Origin: Epithemia pelagica
Taxonomy: Eukaryota; Protista; Bacillariophyta
Direction: 5' to 3'
Length of the DNA: 64,000 nt
Assembly: GCA_946965045.2 (NCBI GenBank)
Contig: OX337237.1
Coordinates: forward strand, 1,364,001-1,428,000
The notes beneath the pieces were generated by a model. It had not been told where the DNA came from, did not search any database, and saw nothing but the letters and a program-made list of their open reading frames with translations. Shown piece after piece: positions 1 to 11,737 of this stretch. The position numbers and the translations under genes are program-made. Position 1 is the first letter of the stretch. Each line of letters starts with the position of its first letter.

Positions 1-146
1 TCGCGTTGGACTTGTATACTGAATGGGGTGCTTTGGGGAAAGTGTCTCACTTGGAGCCCCTCATTAGCAATCTCATGGCTGAGGAGAGCGAGATGTTTCA
101 CTGCGGAAGTTCCAGCCCGCTTGATCTTCCATATAGAAATAGCTGA
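1..146 (+). CDS. 3' end of a STAND/AAA ATPase-TPR protein (paralog of 14626-17919), truncated by the window edge
   Basis: Frame from nt 3 reads ALDLYTEWGALGKVSHLEPLISNLMAEESEMFHCGSS...RNS* (TGA 144-146). This matches the C-terminus ALDLYSEWGALGKVSHLEPLICNLMAEETDVFHVICESS of the 14626-17919 protein; I count 7 mismatches over nt 3-83 versus the reverse complement of ~14701-14781. Confidence 0.85.
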   Translation, partial: ALDLYTEWGALGKVSHLEPLISNLMAEESEMFHCGSSSPLDLPYRNS

Positions 147-950
147 ACTCAGCAGGGACTGTTTCTACCGTGATTTCTGGTGTCTATTGACGTTTAAAGT
201 TGAACTCTCAAGCTTTGCTCGATCCGAAGATCTTTCGCGTCTCGGACCAAAATGTTTCTTGACGGCATGACGACATAATGGTACCAGCCTCGTTGGTGGC
301 AGAGCAACGATTGGACCAATCTCAGCAAGGACGGTATGCTTCCCAGCTGTCCATCCCTGGATTAATGAAGACAGAAAGGATAGATGGATCGCCAGCAGCA
401 ACACCTTCGCCTTAACGCACTTCCAGACCAGAGGGCTCCTCCGCCAGGTGCCATAGAGGTTTCTGAAGAGTTTGTATAGGTTCAGTTCCCCAAAGGTGAC
501 CAGAAATATCCAGGTGATATTCGTGGCAGTGAGGTATCATTTTGCCCAGGTCCACAACGCTCATGGTGTAAAACAAGTCATTGGAATCAATGGATTGGAA
601 AAATATGTCCGAATTGTGGTGGATGAATAGGGCCCACTTTGGTTCCTTTTGTTCTCCATCACCATCATCTACAGGTTTTGTGGACTTCTGCGTTCGATGG
701 CTGGACCAACGATTCTCTACTACCAGAGCCAACAACTTTTCTATGGACTTATCCGTACTAGAAGGTTGGAGCAGGAGCGCTTGCTCTGTTAGTACAAGGT
801 TCTGTCTTGTTCCAAAAGAAACGAGACATGCCGAATCAATGACCTGTTCCTCATGCTAATCTGTCTGTTATCGCCTTGGAGGCTGAGTATCAACTGTCAC
901 AATGGAAACATGTCTCTCATGAATGGAGAACGATGAGCGCAACTGGTACC

Positions 951-1945
951 TTAGTAAGCTTCGTGCCACGGAAGTTGGTCCTTTTTCTGGGGTTCAAGCC
1001 GTGAAGGCGCCTTTTGCACTTCTAAGCTTAATGCAGTCGTGCGAGCCTCACGAGCTTCCTCCAATCGTCCATATTCCTCCAAGTATATGGCCAAGTTAGC
1101 GTTGATCGAGGCATATTTCAACGACGTTGGTGAAATGTTTCGTTCCAGAGCCTTTGCCTTTTCCAGCAGTTCGATTGCCTTGCCTAAATCTCTGGTTTTG
1201 CCCTCTTTGGCGTAGGCCAGACCCATGCTTTCATGTATGTTCACCATGAGAACTTTGCTGGGCCGAGAAAGCTTTCGAGCAATATCGTGAGCCTTCTGTA
1301 CCAATTCTAAATGTCTTGCGGAATTGCAGACACTTCCGAATGTGAGATAGGTGCCTGCAAGCGACTCGGTATTCGGTGCTTTACCTCTTTGATCTTGACC
1401 GCTTCTGAGAAGTGGTCTAGCATATTTTGTCGGTGTTGCGGAAACCGCGCCAGGACAATGGCGATGTTATGGTGCGTGTGAGCCACGGTCAACGAGTCCG
1501 GCTCGTGGCATTGCTTTATTTTCAATGCAGCTTGCAACACAAGCAGAGCCTCGCTATCTTTATGCTGTTCCAGAAACACACAACCCATGTTCTGGAGTAC
1601 TGTACCCATGACAGAAGAATGGGTATCCTTTTCTATGAGAACATCCATGCATCGCTTGTAGTAGTGCAGCGCTTGGTCCAAATCGCCTTGACGCCAGCGT
1701 ATCCCACCGAGTAGACTCCAGGTGTACGTTAAGTTCAGATACAGTGTTTCTTCTGGATCTGTGGTCTGCAGTAGGAGTGTTTCGGCCTTTTGAGCGCTCT
1801 TGATGGCTTGAATAAAGTTTCCCTGACGATATTGCTCTTTGGCATTTTGTGTGTTCTTGATGGCTTTGACAAGATCTGGCCGACGACAACGCCTACTGCC
1901 ATTCTTGCCATACATTTGGTCATGCACAGATGAGCTATTTCCCAT
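951..1945 (-). pseudogene. TPR-repeat protein with N-myristoylation motif, split by a 1-nt frameshift (pseudogene or assembly indel)
   Basis: ATG at 1945 (caaccATGG; MGNSSS). TPR helices LGGIRWRQGDLDQALHYYKR and VAHTHHNIAIVL are collinear with the 6223-7269 paralog. Homology jumps frame at ~1380: adding one A to gtaaagcaccg gives VKAPNTESLAGTYLT, versus AKSPLSESLARTYLT in the paralog, and continues into ORF 951..1304. Confidence 0.75.
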
Positions 1946-2857
1946 GGTTGATTTGTTCTTACCGTTTGCCAAAGTCCACGACCACAGAATGACAGTTTGT
2001 TTCTTTATTGTTTTCCAAGTTCCAAATTATGAAACTGTTGTATTCCATCTCCCATCGTTGATCCCATGGGAGTCATCATTCTCCTCCATTCGGAAGTTGA
2101 TATCCCATACCAGGTAGAGGTCGCAGGTCGTGGTTTTCATGTGACCGCCTTCGCGAATCTGCGGTGAAACAATTTTGCAAACTTCGACGATGGCTTTTCA
2201 GTCACCCTGATTGGGTGACTAGGAACGGCCATTATCTCATGATGCCCTTTCCAGCACCATGTGCGGGACCAAATATTGTAAGATGCAAGTCATGATAAAA
2301 AGCGACCTATGTGAGATCAATAAGAAGAGGCGCTCAGTCCCGTCTCAGTCGTGAGCTCTCCATGACTAATGCAGTTCCTGGATCCTTGAATGGCGTAGCC
2401 AAGTTGCAGTCTCTCATTACCATAAAGTGTCCGGGAAAGCCTGCAAAATGTCAGATGATGAGTAATTTCTTGTCGTATTTTGGGTTTCCTGGTTGCCACC
2501 AGATCGAGCTTTGACTTCTTGTCCCGATGTTGTTCCTTGGACTCACAGAACAATCTTGGACCAATCCGGTTTGGCGGCGGGTTATCTGGCCATGTCTTTC
2601 TCACGTAGATTTGGAGGGGAAATGTAGGCTTGTGTAGGAATGATTTGCATGTTGCATAGTTTTCGGATTCTTGTCGATTTCGTGTTGGTCTATGGTCAGT
2701 CGAATGCCTTGCGTCAGTAGCCAGTATATTCCTTTTTGGTTTTTGGTCAACGTGGTGAGGTCTGCCACGTGGGTGGACCGCCTTTGCTCTTCGAACAAAG
2801 AACGACACGACTATTTTGTATCTTCTATCGTACAATGGGGCATCGGTATCGCAACAA

Positions 2858-2888
2858 GGGGTTGGGTTTGGGTTTGGGTTTGGGAGGG
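2858..2888 (+). repeat. (GGGTTT)-type short tandem repeat / G-quadruplex-forming motif
   Basis: GGGGTTGGGTTTGGGTTTGGGTTTGGGAGGG: six G-runs of 3 or more with 1-3 nt loops. Confidence 0.7.
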
Positions 2889-3573
2889 TGTGTGTTGAGC
2901 GAAGAGACTCCGCCAGCGTGAGCGCAAGGCGAGGCGGCGCATTCGCGGCCCACGGTGCAAGCGTCGACCGGACGGGACAGGAGAGGTCTCACACTTTCCT
3001 TCTTGGTTCCAAAGGAAGAAACACTTCGGGAGAGCGAAAATGTTACGATTTTCCCCAGAGGCGCACGGCATTGCGAAACGTTCCGTGTTCTTGCTGTTGC
3101 GTTGGATATATGGTAGGGCTGGCACCACGCCACGACTGGAGCACATCTGTATCCCGCACCTTTTCTTCGTGTTGCTGGAAACGGCTCTTTGAAATAAAAC
3201 GGATCCCAAACGAACCTTTGCCTCTACAGTGATGAGTTTCACATCGTGACAAATGTGTGTGTTGTCTGTCTCAATCGAACGGGAATCATTTTCTTGAACG
3301 AGCCGCGAATGTAAGTGCTCTTTTTGGACAGCGTGGGATTCATCGGTTGCCGCCATTGCGATGAGATCGTGGATGTCTACGATGATGGTCGTGGACAAGG
3401 ACTGTTCACCGTGGAAGATATGGACCCTTTGCGCGCTTCCACACATGATTGAACTCGACAAAGAGGAGCTTTGTCTCTTTGTGTTTGTCACTTTGCATCG
3501 CACAAGAGGTGGCCATACCTATTGCAATTCCTATCAGTTGTTCTCTGCTCACACCTCTGCTGATTGTTTGTAG

Positions 3574-4929
3574 ATGAATGAAGCAATGAAGAATAATCCT
3601 GGATACCATCTCAACCAAGCTGTGAAAACTGCTGAGATGGATAAGATCTTCAAGCTCTGTAGAAAGGACGAATGGGATTTGATCTATCAGCATGTTGTGT
3701 CAAATCCCGCAGTGGGAGCGGCAGTAATGACCATGGACAATCACATTACCACCACTGTCACTCATCAAGCCATCACAAGCAAAGGGGATGTCGTCAAGCG
3801 AGCCAAGGTGGTCGAACACATCCTGTCCGTGAACCCCAAGGCAGCTGAGATCAAGAATGGATACGGATCGCTCCCTCTCCACGTTATCTGCCAGCGCAAC
3901 ACCAAAATGACGTCCAAAGTGAAGGAACGGTTGATCTTTCAGCTGATTGAAGCATATCCAGATGCTTTGGTCGAGGAGGGCGGAACCGGCAAGCGTACTC
4001 CTCTCCATATCATTTTTACAGGTACGCACACGGAATCTCATGGAGAAGCAACCAGACTCTTCTTGCCACTAAACGTTTTTCTTCACTCGAGTTTAGACTA
4101 CATCAATCCTCGCTTGGTAGACATGATGATTGACCGAGGATCGCATGCTTGCTTTATGCGAGACAAGAAGGGCTGGCTTCCCGCTCATGTCGCGTGCAGT
4201 CGCCATTGCTCTCCTGACAAACTGCGAATGCTCCTTCGTGTTCATCCTGGGGCCTTAGAAGAACGGACTAACGACGGAAAGTCTCTGCTGGACCTGGCAT
4301 CTGCAAGCGCGACGCAGAGTCATCCAAACTTCGCGTTGATTGAAGAAATCAATCGGCAGCTAAAGGAGGCCGCTCGCACACGCACCACTATGCACTCGTA
4401 TCGTCCGGTTCAACCGCGACAAAATACCCTTCATGCCCATACGTCCGCACCACCAACCGCGTACGCACCACCTGGGCATTATTATAGCCATCATTATGCA
4501 GCTCGCACTCTCTGTCATCAAGGTCCCGTACCGGCAGCTCCCGTACCGGCAGCTCGAGATCGTCATCAATTAATCGGGTCAACAGTTTCAACGAGCTCGG
4601 CTGTGACATCAGAAGAATCCTCGTCCACGGATGGTCGTTGGGTTTCAGGAACGGGTGGTGACGGTCCTTCCAGACTCGTTTCTCCAACTTCAAACCGCAA
4701 GCGGAAGTCCAGTAGTATCGATGGCGTGGCTACGGCCTACTCTCTTTTGATGCTTTCACGAGATCATATTCCCACTCATCGACCCCAAGTCAGCATGTTG
4801 CCTGAAGAAGCCGTTGAGGCAAGTACGTTTCCTCAAGACGTTATTTCGCAACCTACCACTCAAGAACCACCCCGCGGCCGCAGCACATCCATTGTGGATG
4901 ACACGCCCATTCAAATCGTCAAGATTTAA
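3574..4929 (+). CDS. Ankyrin-repeat-like protein with low-complexity C-terminus; one intron (4022-4096)
   Basis: Repeated LPLH/TPLH/LPAH ankyrin motifs (YGSLPLHVIC, KRTPLHIIF, KGWLPAHVAC, DGKSLLDLA). The segment gtacgc...tttag (75 nt, in frame) interrupts IFT-DYINP and looks intronic. Confidence 0.8.
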   Translation: MNEAMKNNPGYHLNQAVKTAEMDKIFKLCRKDEWDLIYQHVVSNPAVGAAVMTMDNHITTTVTHQAITSKGDVVKRAKVVEHILSVNPKAAEIKNGYGSLPLHVICQRNTKMTSKVKERLIFQLIEAYPDALVEEGGTGKRTPLHIIFTGTHTESHGEATRLFLPLNVFLHSSLDYINPRLVDMMIDRGSHACFMRDKKGWLPAHVACSRHCSPDKLRMLLRVHPGALEERTNDGKSLLDLASASATQSHPNFALIEEINRQLKEAARTRTTMHSYRPVQPRQNTLHAHTSAPPTAYAPPGHYYSHHYAARTLCHQGPVPAAPVPAARDRHQLIGSTVSTSSAVTSEESSSTDGRWVSGTGGDGPSRLVSPTSNRKRKSSSIDGVATAYSLLMLSRDHIPTHRPQVSMLPEEAVEASTFPQDVISQPTTQEPPRGRSTSIVDDTPIQIVKI

Positions 4930-5260
4930 TTCCAACATGATGTCCATTCCAATCGTTGGAATTCCAAAGTCTTCATTGCCATCATCCAATATTTAATTCC
5001 AAGGGGTGAAAAGCATCCATTCCAATCTTCAAAAATTTATTCAAAAGGATGCCCAATTGTTATATAGAGGGGGTGATAATCAAACGAATTAGTAGTACAC
5101 AGATCGATAATCGTTATTCATCAATCCTGAAAAGCTGCTACAGATTCATCCGAAAACACACTGCACCAGAAAGTTTAGCATTTCGGAAGAAGCGAGCCAG
5201 TTTGAATGATGTTAGCCCCCAGAGGAACGAAACCAAACGTCAGCTGATGTGATATTCCAT

Positions 5261-5578
5261 TTATCCATCTTGCTGCTGCTGCTGCATTTCTTGTTGTTCC
5301 ATTTGTTCTTCCAACAGCTTATCCACATTTTTGGTGGGCGGTGGTGGTCCACAGGGTTGCATCATTTTGTGTAACATGCGTTGTCGTATCCGTCCAAGGG
5401 ATTCGTTCTCCGCCGTGGCATAATACAGCAGTTGATCCGTATGACCGACAATGCTGGCATACAAGTCACGATGCTGATTGCTCATGAATTCGTACTTGCT
5501 CAAATCGGCATGACCCGTACCCACATAGCGGGCCTTGAGTTGCTCCGTCGTCATACCGGCACCTCCTGGATTGCTCAT
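5261..5578 (-). CDS. SF3B5: Splicing factor 3B subunit 5 (SF3b10/Ysf3)
   Basis: EQLKARYVGTGHAD...NQHRD...YYATAENES...KMMQPCGPPP is the SF3b10 family signature. ATG at 5578; a polypyrimidine-CAG acceptor just upstream suggests a 5' intron. Confidence 0.92.
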   Translation of the reverse strand: MSNPGGAGMTTEQLKARYVGTGHADLSKYEFMSNQHRDLYASIVGHTDQLLYYATAENESLGRIRQRMLHKMMQPCGPPPPTKNVDKLLEEQMEQQEMQQQQQDG

Positions 5579-6222
5579 AATACTACTGGACAACTGAAAA
5601 TAAGTGAGTTACTTGGTGGAAGAATGTGTTGAAGCAAAGGAGTCTTGATCGCACCGTCGTCTTCTTCTCGGGACAATCATGCCATTAGATTTGTGGAGAC
5701 GACTTCCGAAAACCCGGATATTCAGATTATGCTATGCCACCTCTTTGATGATGGATGCATCACGAAGAAGAGAATACGACACAGAATACAGAAACCACAA
5801 ACGATCAGCTGCCAGATTCATCGACTCTTCAAGTCCTTTATATAAAGGGTATCGGCAGAGTTGGAAGCCTCAGCAGATGGTAAACATCAACCGGAGACAG
5901 ATTCACCCTTGCATCTCCATGCCGGGACAGTGCCGAATGCCATGACACAAAAATACAAAATACACCATGTTGTCACAAACAATATGAGAAGAGAAACTCA
6001 TCGGGATCGGGAATGGACTCTTGCAAGAAGCGATCATACCATCTAACGAACAGAAGATAGACTTTTTGTAACACGTTATCTTCTAGAGAGAGACCAAGTG
6101 CTCTTGTATTCGTAGCCGCTAGTCGATACTCCTCCTACCTGAAAGGAGAAGAATGAGGTCTGCGACATTTTCTATTATGATATGCTAATCTATGATTTAT
6201 ATCCATCGGTATTGATAGCGTG

Positions 6223-7269
6223 TCATTGAACCATTGTCGTTGCAAGACTGTCGGAGGGCAGGTTCCTGGGCAGAGTGACCTTCTTTTTGGAAATGTCCAG
6301 TCGCGTCGGTGCCTTTTGCAGTTGCACATGGAGGGCCGTCGTACGAGCGGCCCTTGCTTCTTCCAATTGTCCATTGGATTCCAATAGTTTGGCTAAGTGC
6401 GTATTGATTTCGGCAAATTTCAGAGATTGTGGCGATAGTTTCAATTCCAATTGTTTGGCCTTTCGAACCAACTCAATGGCCTTGGTCATGTCTTGTGTGA
6501 CTCCCTCCTTGGAGTAACCAACCCCCAAACACAAGTGAATGTCTACTTGCAGCGCGGTATGTCGAGGCGGCCCCAATTTTTGCGCAATGCGTTGCGCCTT
6601 TTGGGCAAACTGAATATTGGTAGCGGCGTCGCAGTGACTCGCCACGGTCAAGTAGGTGCGAGCCAGTGATTCGGAAAGAGGCGACTTGGCTTGCTTTATC
6701 TTGATGGCCTTTAGGTAGTGTTGGAGCATTTGTTTGTGAAATTCGGGAGTGCGTCCCAAAACAATGGCAATGTTGTGATGCGTATGCGCAACGCCCATGG
6801 AATGGGGGTCTATTCTTTGTTTAATTTCCAAGGCATGTTGCAACAACACCAAAGCCTGGTCGTCTTGGTATCGTTCGGCAAAGACACAGGCCATATTCTG
6901 CAAGGTTGTGGCCAAGGCGACCGAGTCGGGATTGTGTTCTTGATGAACGGCCATGGCACGTTTCAAATACAACAAGGCTTCTTCCAAATCTCCTTGTCGC
7001 CAATATATTTCTCCCAATAAGTTCCAGACGTCGGGCAACAAGAGGGACACGTCTGCCGTTGTTGTCGTCTTGTCCGACTTGGACAAATCTTGAGGAGGTC
7101 GGCTTCCGCTCGGGTCACTGGTGGCGCCCGTTGTCGCCATTAACAATGTCTCCGCTTGTTGTGCACAATGAATCGCTTGCGCAAACTGACCTTGGACATA
7201 ATATCTCTTGGCTTGATCGTAATGGCTTTTCGCCTTGACGACGACGGAGGAAGATGTCGAGTTGCCCAT
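6223..7269 (-). CDS. TPR-repeat protein with N-myristoylation motif (intact paralog of 951-1945)
   Basis: ATG at 7269 after a (CA)n tract, MGNSTSS. TPR helices LGEIYWRQGDLEEALLYLKRA, LATTLQNMACVF, VAHTHHNIAIVLG; intronless. Confidence 0.85.
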   Translation of the reverse strand: MGNSTSSSVVVKAKSHYDQAKRYYVQGQFAQAIHCAQQAETLLMATTGATSDPSGSRPPQDLSKSDKTTTTADVSLLLPDVWNLLGEIYWRQGDLEEALLYLKRAMAVHQEHNPDSVALATTLQNMACVFAERYQDDQALVLLQHALEIKQRIDPHSMGVAHTHHNIAIVLGRTPEFHKQMLQHYLKAIKIKQAKSPLSESLARTYLTVASHCDAATNIQFAQKAQRIAQKLGPPRHTALQVDIHLCLGVGYSKEGVTQDMTKAIELVRKAKQLELKLSPQSLKFAEINTHLAKLLESNGQLEEARAARTTALHVQLQKAPTRLDISKKKVTLPRNLPSDSLATTMVQ

Positions 7270-7647
7270 TGTGTGTGTGTGTAGTATCTTCTTGAATCGA
7301 ATTGGAACGGCAGCTGCCAAACTGCAAGATTCTCGCTTCAACGACAACCAAAGACGACAGCGAGAGAGATTTTTGAGTGGTGGTGATGGGGAGAATGTGA
7401 TGGGATGGTGTCTCGAGAAGAATGATTATTTGGTCCTTGTCTCTCTCTGTGTTGGATTGACGTGATGTACAAATTCGAACTCTGAAGCGCTTCGAAGGCG
7501 GATTCGTGTGAGAAATGAGAACTTGATGTCGCGGTGCACTACTGCCGCTCGTTGGATGGTTGATGGACTTCCGAATATTCTTGTGTTCCGGTCGCGCGAT
7601 CTCACCTCACCAAGTCACAATGCTTAGCGTTACATCATGGAAACGTT

Positions 7648-8073
7648 TTAATATAATTTCCATAGAAAAGTATCTGTCAGCGCTGGAACGTACTGACGCA
7701 TGATGTCCACGATCTTTCCCATGTTGTTCTCTGTTCTCGCAGAACCGACGAATTGGAATCTCCCCATGGGGTGTTTGCGAAGCCAAAAGCCAACCCAATG
7801 GTCCGGTGCCACATACAGCCCCAGAGCGCTCAGATCCGGATTTGCCGAAAACCACCTTATGGTTTTGTCCTCCATAGTCTCTTTCACACCTCTGGGGCGT
7901 ATTATGCCACAAGATTCTATCGTATCTGGATTCGTGACCGAATCCCTCCCGAGACATGACACAAAACACAAACAAAAGTTCCATCCGACAGGATTGTCTG
8001 AAGTCGGAATATGACAGGAGTAGACGTCGATCCAGGCCAAACGATCCCAAGGTTCGTCTTCAAGACCATACAC
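7648..8073 (-). CDS. Possible exon of an uncharacterised protein
   Basis: 141-codon open frame with protein-like composition, preceded by a CTAAC branch-like site. No recognisable motif and no clear start. Confidence 0.25.
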   Translation of the reverse strand: MYGLEDEPWDRLAWIDVYSCHIPTSDNPVGWNFCLCFVSCLGRDSVTNPDTIESCGIIRPRGVKETMEDKTIRWFSANPDLSALGLYVAPDHWVGFWLRKHPMGRFQFVGSARTENNMGKIVDIMRQYVPALTDTFLWKLY

Positions 8074-9836
8074 AAGATGAAATGTTAGAGATGAAATGTC
8101 GTTTTCGTTTCAAGTATGGACATGGTTGTCGGAGCGGCTCGAACGACGGTCTTGGATGGCGTGATCGTCAAGGTGACTTTCTTCTCACAACGACGACGAC
8201 GACTTGATGATTCTTGGTTCAGAAGCTCTTTTCCAGTTCCAGCAAGATCTCCCGCCAACGTTTGTTTCACAATCACCCGTGCAAGTCACCTATCCGCGCC
8301 ACTCACTTGCAAGATCATGAACCAAACAAGGTAGTTTGGCATTTCCAAAACAAGGACGACGACTTGTCCTTCACAAAAGTATACAGCCAGTAATGGATGC
8401 TTCTATTCCAAATTCAATACCCAAAGACGGTGACACTGGCTGTTTTTGATACAGTCCACGGAAACAAGCATTGATGATTGTCCTTGTCAGGGTATCGTCG
8501 AAATTTGGTTCTCGCAACACAATGGACAAACAAGCATAACAGAGGCAACGACGACCAGAGGAGAGACTTGCTGGTATAAGACGACGGCATTGGAAAGCTC
8601 TTTTGTACGAATCAGTCGTTTTTGGGACAAGCAAAACGAGAAAGATTTGCTGTGGACTTGGTAATGTTGGTGAGCAAAGCCCGTCGGATCGAAAGAGAGA
8701 TGTCGGCGTCACCAAACAGACGAGTTCGTATTCTGAGAAAACGGGAATATCGAGATAAAAAGGAAAGCCTTTCCTCGAAAAATCCTTTATGGGTCATTGT
8801 CGAAATTTGGGAGAGGGAGATGGGGCCAAGTAAAGAGTCATGTCTTGAAAATGGACGAGCACGGATGACGCATGGTGCGTGGAGCGTTTCAGGGATTCTT
8901 CCAAGGATGTCTGTCTGCTAAGGAATCCATTTTTGCAGACTAGTTACACATTCCATAGACTATATCGCCATCAACAGCCATTTCCGTTGCATCCTTTGCC
9001 TTTACGGGTACTCTCGTACTCCTACTAGACAGAATCTCTATTGAATCCATACGAGTACCGGGGTAGCATGTGTAGAAATAGTAGCGAAACTGTGACGGGA
9101 CTCGTCGTTCTTCTCATGACTCGTGACTGAACTTAGCTTGCCACTCTTTACTCTTTATAATTTATAATTTATAATACTCGTACTGTCTGTATGATCATTT
9201 ATAAAATTAAGCCTGTCATCATGGTTAAGCAAAGGCTTAAGCTTTAGAATCCTGTAGGACATGATTTTTACTTAAATTATAATGCATATAATATTCCCTC
9301 TGATGGGCAATATTGTGAGGCAATTCAAAGGAACTTCACAGAGAGTAAAGGGCATACATTTTATTATAGTCGCCATATTCGCGGAAAATGAGCGCCAGTC
9401 CCACACAACTGTTGACCAGTACTCTATTACTATTACAGCTTCCATGCGCCGCATTCCATATCGACTGCGTGAGTTGACCACGAATCACAAGTGGTCAAGG
9501 CAATGGAACTGATTCCGATGCGTTGTGTTTGTGTATGATGTATGGACGGTCCTGTTAGATTTCGGGAACCACATGTATGTACGAGTACCTTATGCATGCG
9601 GAAAGCAAACAAGGACGACCAATTGAATTCGGAGACGTGCATCGTTTTCTGGTTCCGCATTCCTGTTTCACTCTATACCATCAAGCTGCATAACGATTGT
9701 GGACGTTCATTGTTTGGAAGCTTGCCACAATCTCCTTCTTTTTGTTAGAATCCACAGACGTCGTTGTTTTATCACGGCTGACGGTTCCTACCAAGCTTCC
9801 ATCCATTGGGAATCTCGCAGTTCTGAAAAAATCACA

Positions 9837-11278
9837 ATGGGATTGTTGACTCGACTTGCTCGCACCTTTTTCTTGAGCGGTTTGTCGGTGTTGACGTGCA
9901 GTGAATTGGAGATTCAACAGGAATCAGACAAGGACGGCAATGACAACAACAACAACCAAGATGCCACTCCGAATAATGCTGCTACTGGACAATTGGCCGA
10001 ACGGGGCTCTCTCAGTCGCTGGGTGCAACTGGTGAGCGTCGTATTTGATTTGTTGGATCTTTTTAATTTTGTCTTCGATATGATTTTTGCGATTCGGTTA
10101 TTTCAATTACCCGATTCCATCGCCTACGCGGCTCTCTTGTTGGCTGGAGCTCTCTTGGGTCGATTGGTCGTCTTTCGCGCCACAACCGTCATGTTTCGGG
10201 GAGGCATTGATTGGGCACCTCTTGGATTGCAATTCCCTACCAATCCAACAAAAACAAGCAAGCGTTTGCGCTCTTGTATTGCTTGCTCTTTAGTGAGACG
10301 GCAGTCTTTTTGTTGGAAGATTATCCTTCCTTGGTCGTCTATGCTCATTGGCCCGTCATCAACTTCCCACCCGCTCCCTTGGATACATTGGACAATTACA
10401 ATGTGGCCCTGAGTGCCGCCTCTCTCATTATCTTGATGGCTCTCTTTCTAGTGGCCATTGTCGCGTCCCTGTTCTTACTACAATGGAAGGAATGGACCCT
10501 ACGTGAGTATTGCATCAATGGGCTCAAAATTACCCTGTTTCTTGCAGGATGTGCCTTTTTGGCTCGCTACGTGATTGAAATGGTCATTGGAGCGGTGGAA
10601 TTCACCTTTCGAGATGAACGATCCGTCCCCTCCAATGAGATTTTGTTTATTGAATTGTGTGATGGTCAAACCTTGGAAACGCGGTACGAATTATGTAACG
10701 AACGCATCTTTGTGGTCAAGGTGGTGATTGCGTGGTTCACCGCGGCAATCTTTGTGGCCTATCTGTTTTTCAAACCCGCCACCTATGCGGTCGAAGAAAG
10801 CTTTTATACACGACACAAATCACGGGTCCACACCTTTTTGACCAGTGTCCGTACTTCCACGTTGCGGCAAAGTGAGGCCGCCGCAGCGGCCGACGACCCC
10901 GACCACCGCAGTTCCGGCCGGGCCACCCACACACCGACATCCTCCCAACTCGGGTCGACGCGACGAGACGACCCGAAACGAATCACCTTCCAGGAGAAAT
11001 TTGAAGATGAAGAGAATCAGGGGGAAACTCCTACCAAACAGGATACTACTAGAACGTCGTCCCAATCCGAGGTTCGACAAGTTTCCGTGTCAATGGGCCA
11101 TACCGAAGAAGACACGAACGAAAACATCAAGTCAGAAAAGAAGGCCAAGAAAAAGAAGAAAAAGAAAGGATCTTCACAAAAGACGAGGACCTCGTCGACT
11201 CCAAAAGAGCGAGTCGGCGAAGAGGAACAGGACGAACGTCGTAAGAAGAAAACAAGCATGTCGTTGCAGCAAAGCTAG
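9837..11278 (+). CDS. Multi-pass membrane protein of unknown function with charged C-terminal tail; frameshifted near 10250
   Basis: ORF 9699..10412 supplies the N-terminal hydrophobic helices from MGLLTRL (ATG 9837), and ORF 10211..11278 supplies further helices and a K/E-rich tail. One extra A in the A5 run at 10250-10254 joins them (..FPTNPTKNKQAFALLYCLLF..). Confidence 0.6.
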
Positions 11279-11472
11279 ACACGACATATCTACCAATTGC
11301 CACATCGAGTTGATCAAACAAGGACAAACTTGGTCTTTCCTCTGAGATTGTTATGGACGAGAACGAGGAATATACTCGTAGTCCCTGCTGAAGTTTGTGC
11401 CTGCTGTCTACTTGATCCTATCGGTGACATATGGTTTACTTGAATATGACGTTCGGTGGGTGAAATTAAAGT

Positions 11473-11540
11473 ATGGACTTGATCGAATGGAAGAATGCGT
11501 TCTTTCTGAGACGCATCCTTTCTCTTGCCATGAATTCGCT
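11473..11540 (+). repeat. Direct repeat, left copy (68 bp), flanking the nuclease-kinase gene
   Basis: ATGGACTTGATCGAATGGAAGAATGCGTTCTTTCTGAGACGCATCCTTTCTCTTGCCATGAATTCGCT. Nearly identical to 13734-13802, with differences confined to one base and one short central patch. Confidence 0.9.
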
Positions 11541-11737
11541 CGCGGAGAGGCGGCTTCTTGCTAGTTTCTAGGTGCCTGCATGTGCATGAAGCTTATCAAT
11601 AGAAGGTAAAATAGTGTAGAAATGCAAATTATTATAGAGGAAAGCGGTCTCAATTGTTCCAGAAAGGGTTCCGGAAGCGGATATCCAAACTGGACGCACT
11701 TCTTACTGGATTTTCGTTTCGTGCTTCCACTAACTGT

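Noticed and set aside
165-859. Short ORFs on both strands downstream of the STAND fragment
   Set aside because: No recognisable motif. The frames are interrupted by stops and cannot be joined by plausible splice sites.
1355-1384. GT...AG segment at the TPR frameshift as a possible intron
   Set aside because: Only 30 nt and a multiple of 3, so removing it does not restore the frame. It also encodes sequence homologous to the paralog.
2221-2230. AGGAACGGCC, a 10-bp match to the MITE TIR end
   Set aside because: Too short, no partner TIR and no TWA duplication; compatible with chance.
2858-2888. Interstitial or true telomere
   Set aside because: Only about four TTTGGG units, internal to a gene-dense region; kept only as a G4-like motif.
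2317-3503. Overlapping 100-230 aa ORFs between the TPR and ankyrin genes
   Set aside because: Mutually overlapping on both strands with no domain signatures; treated as intergenic/UTR.
10245-10260. Programmed -1 ribosomal frameshift joining ORFs 9699..10412 and 10211..11278
   Set aside because: The A5 run does not form an in-frame X XXY YYZ heptamer; a missing base is the simpler explanation.
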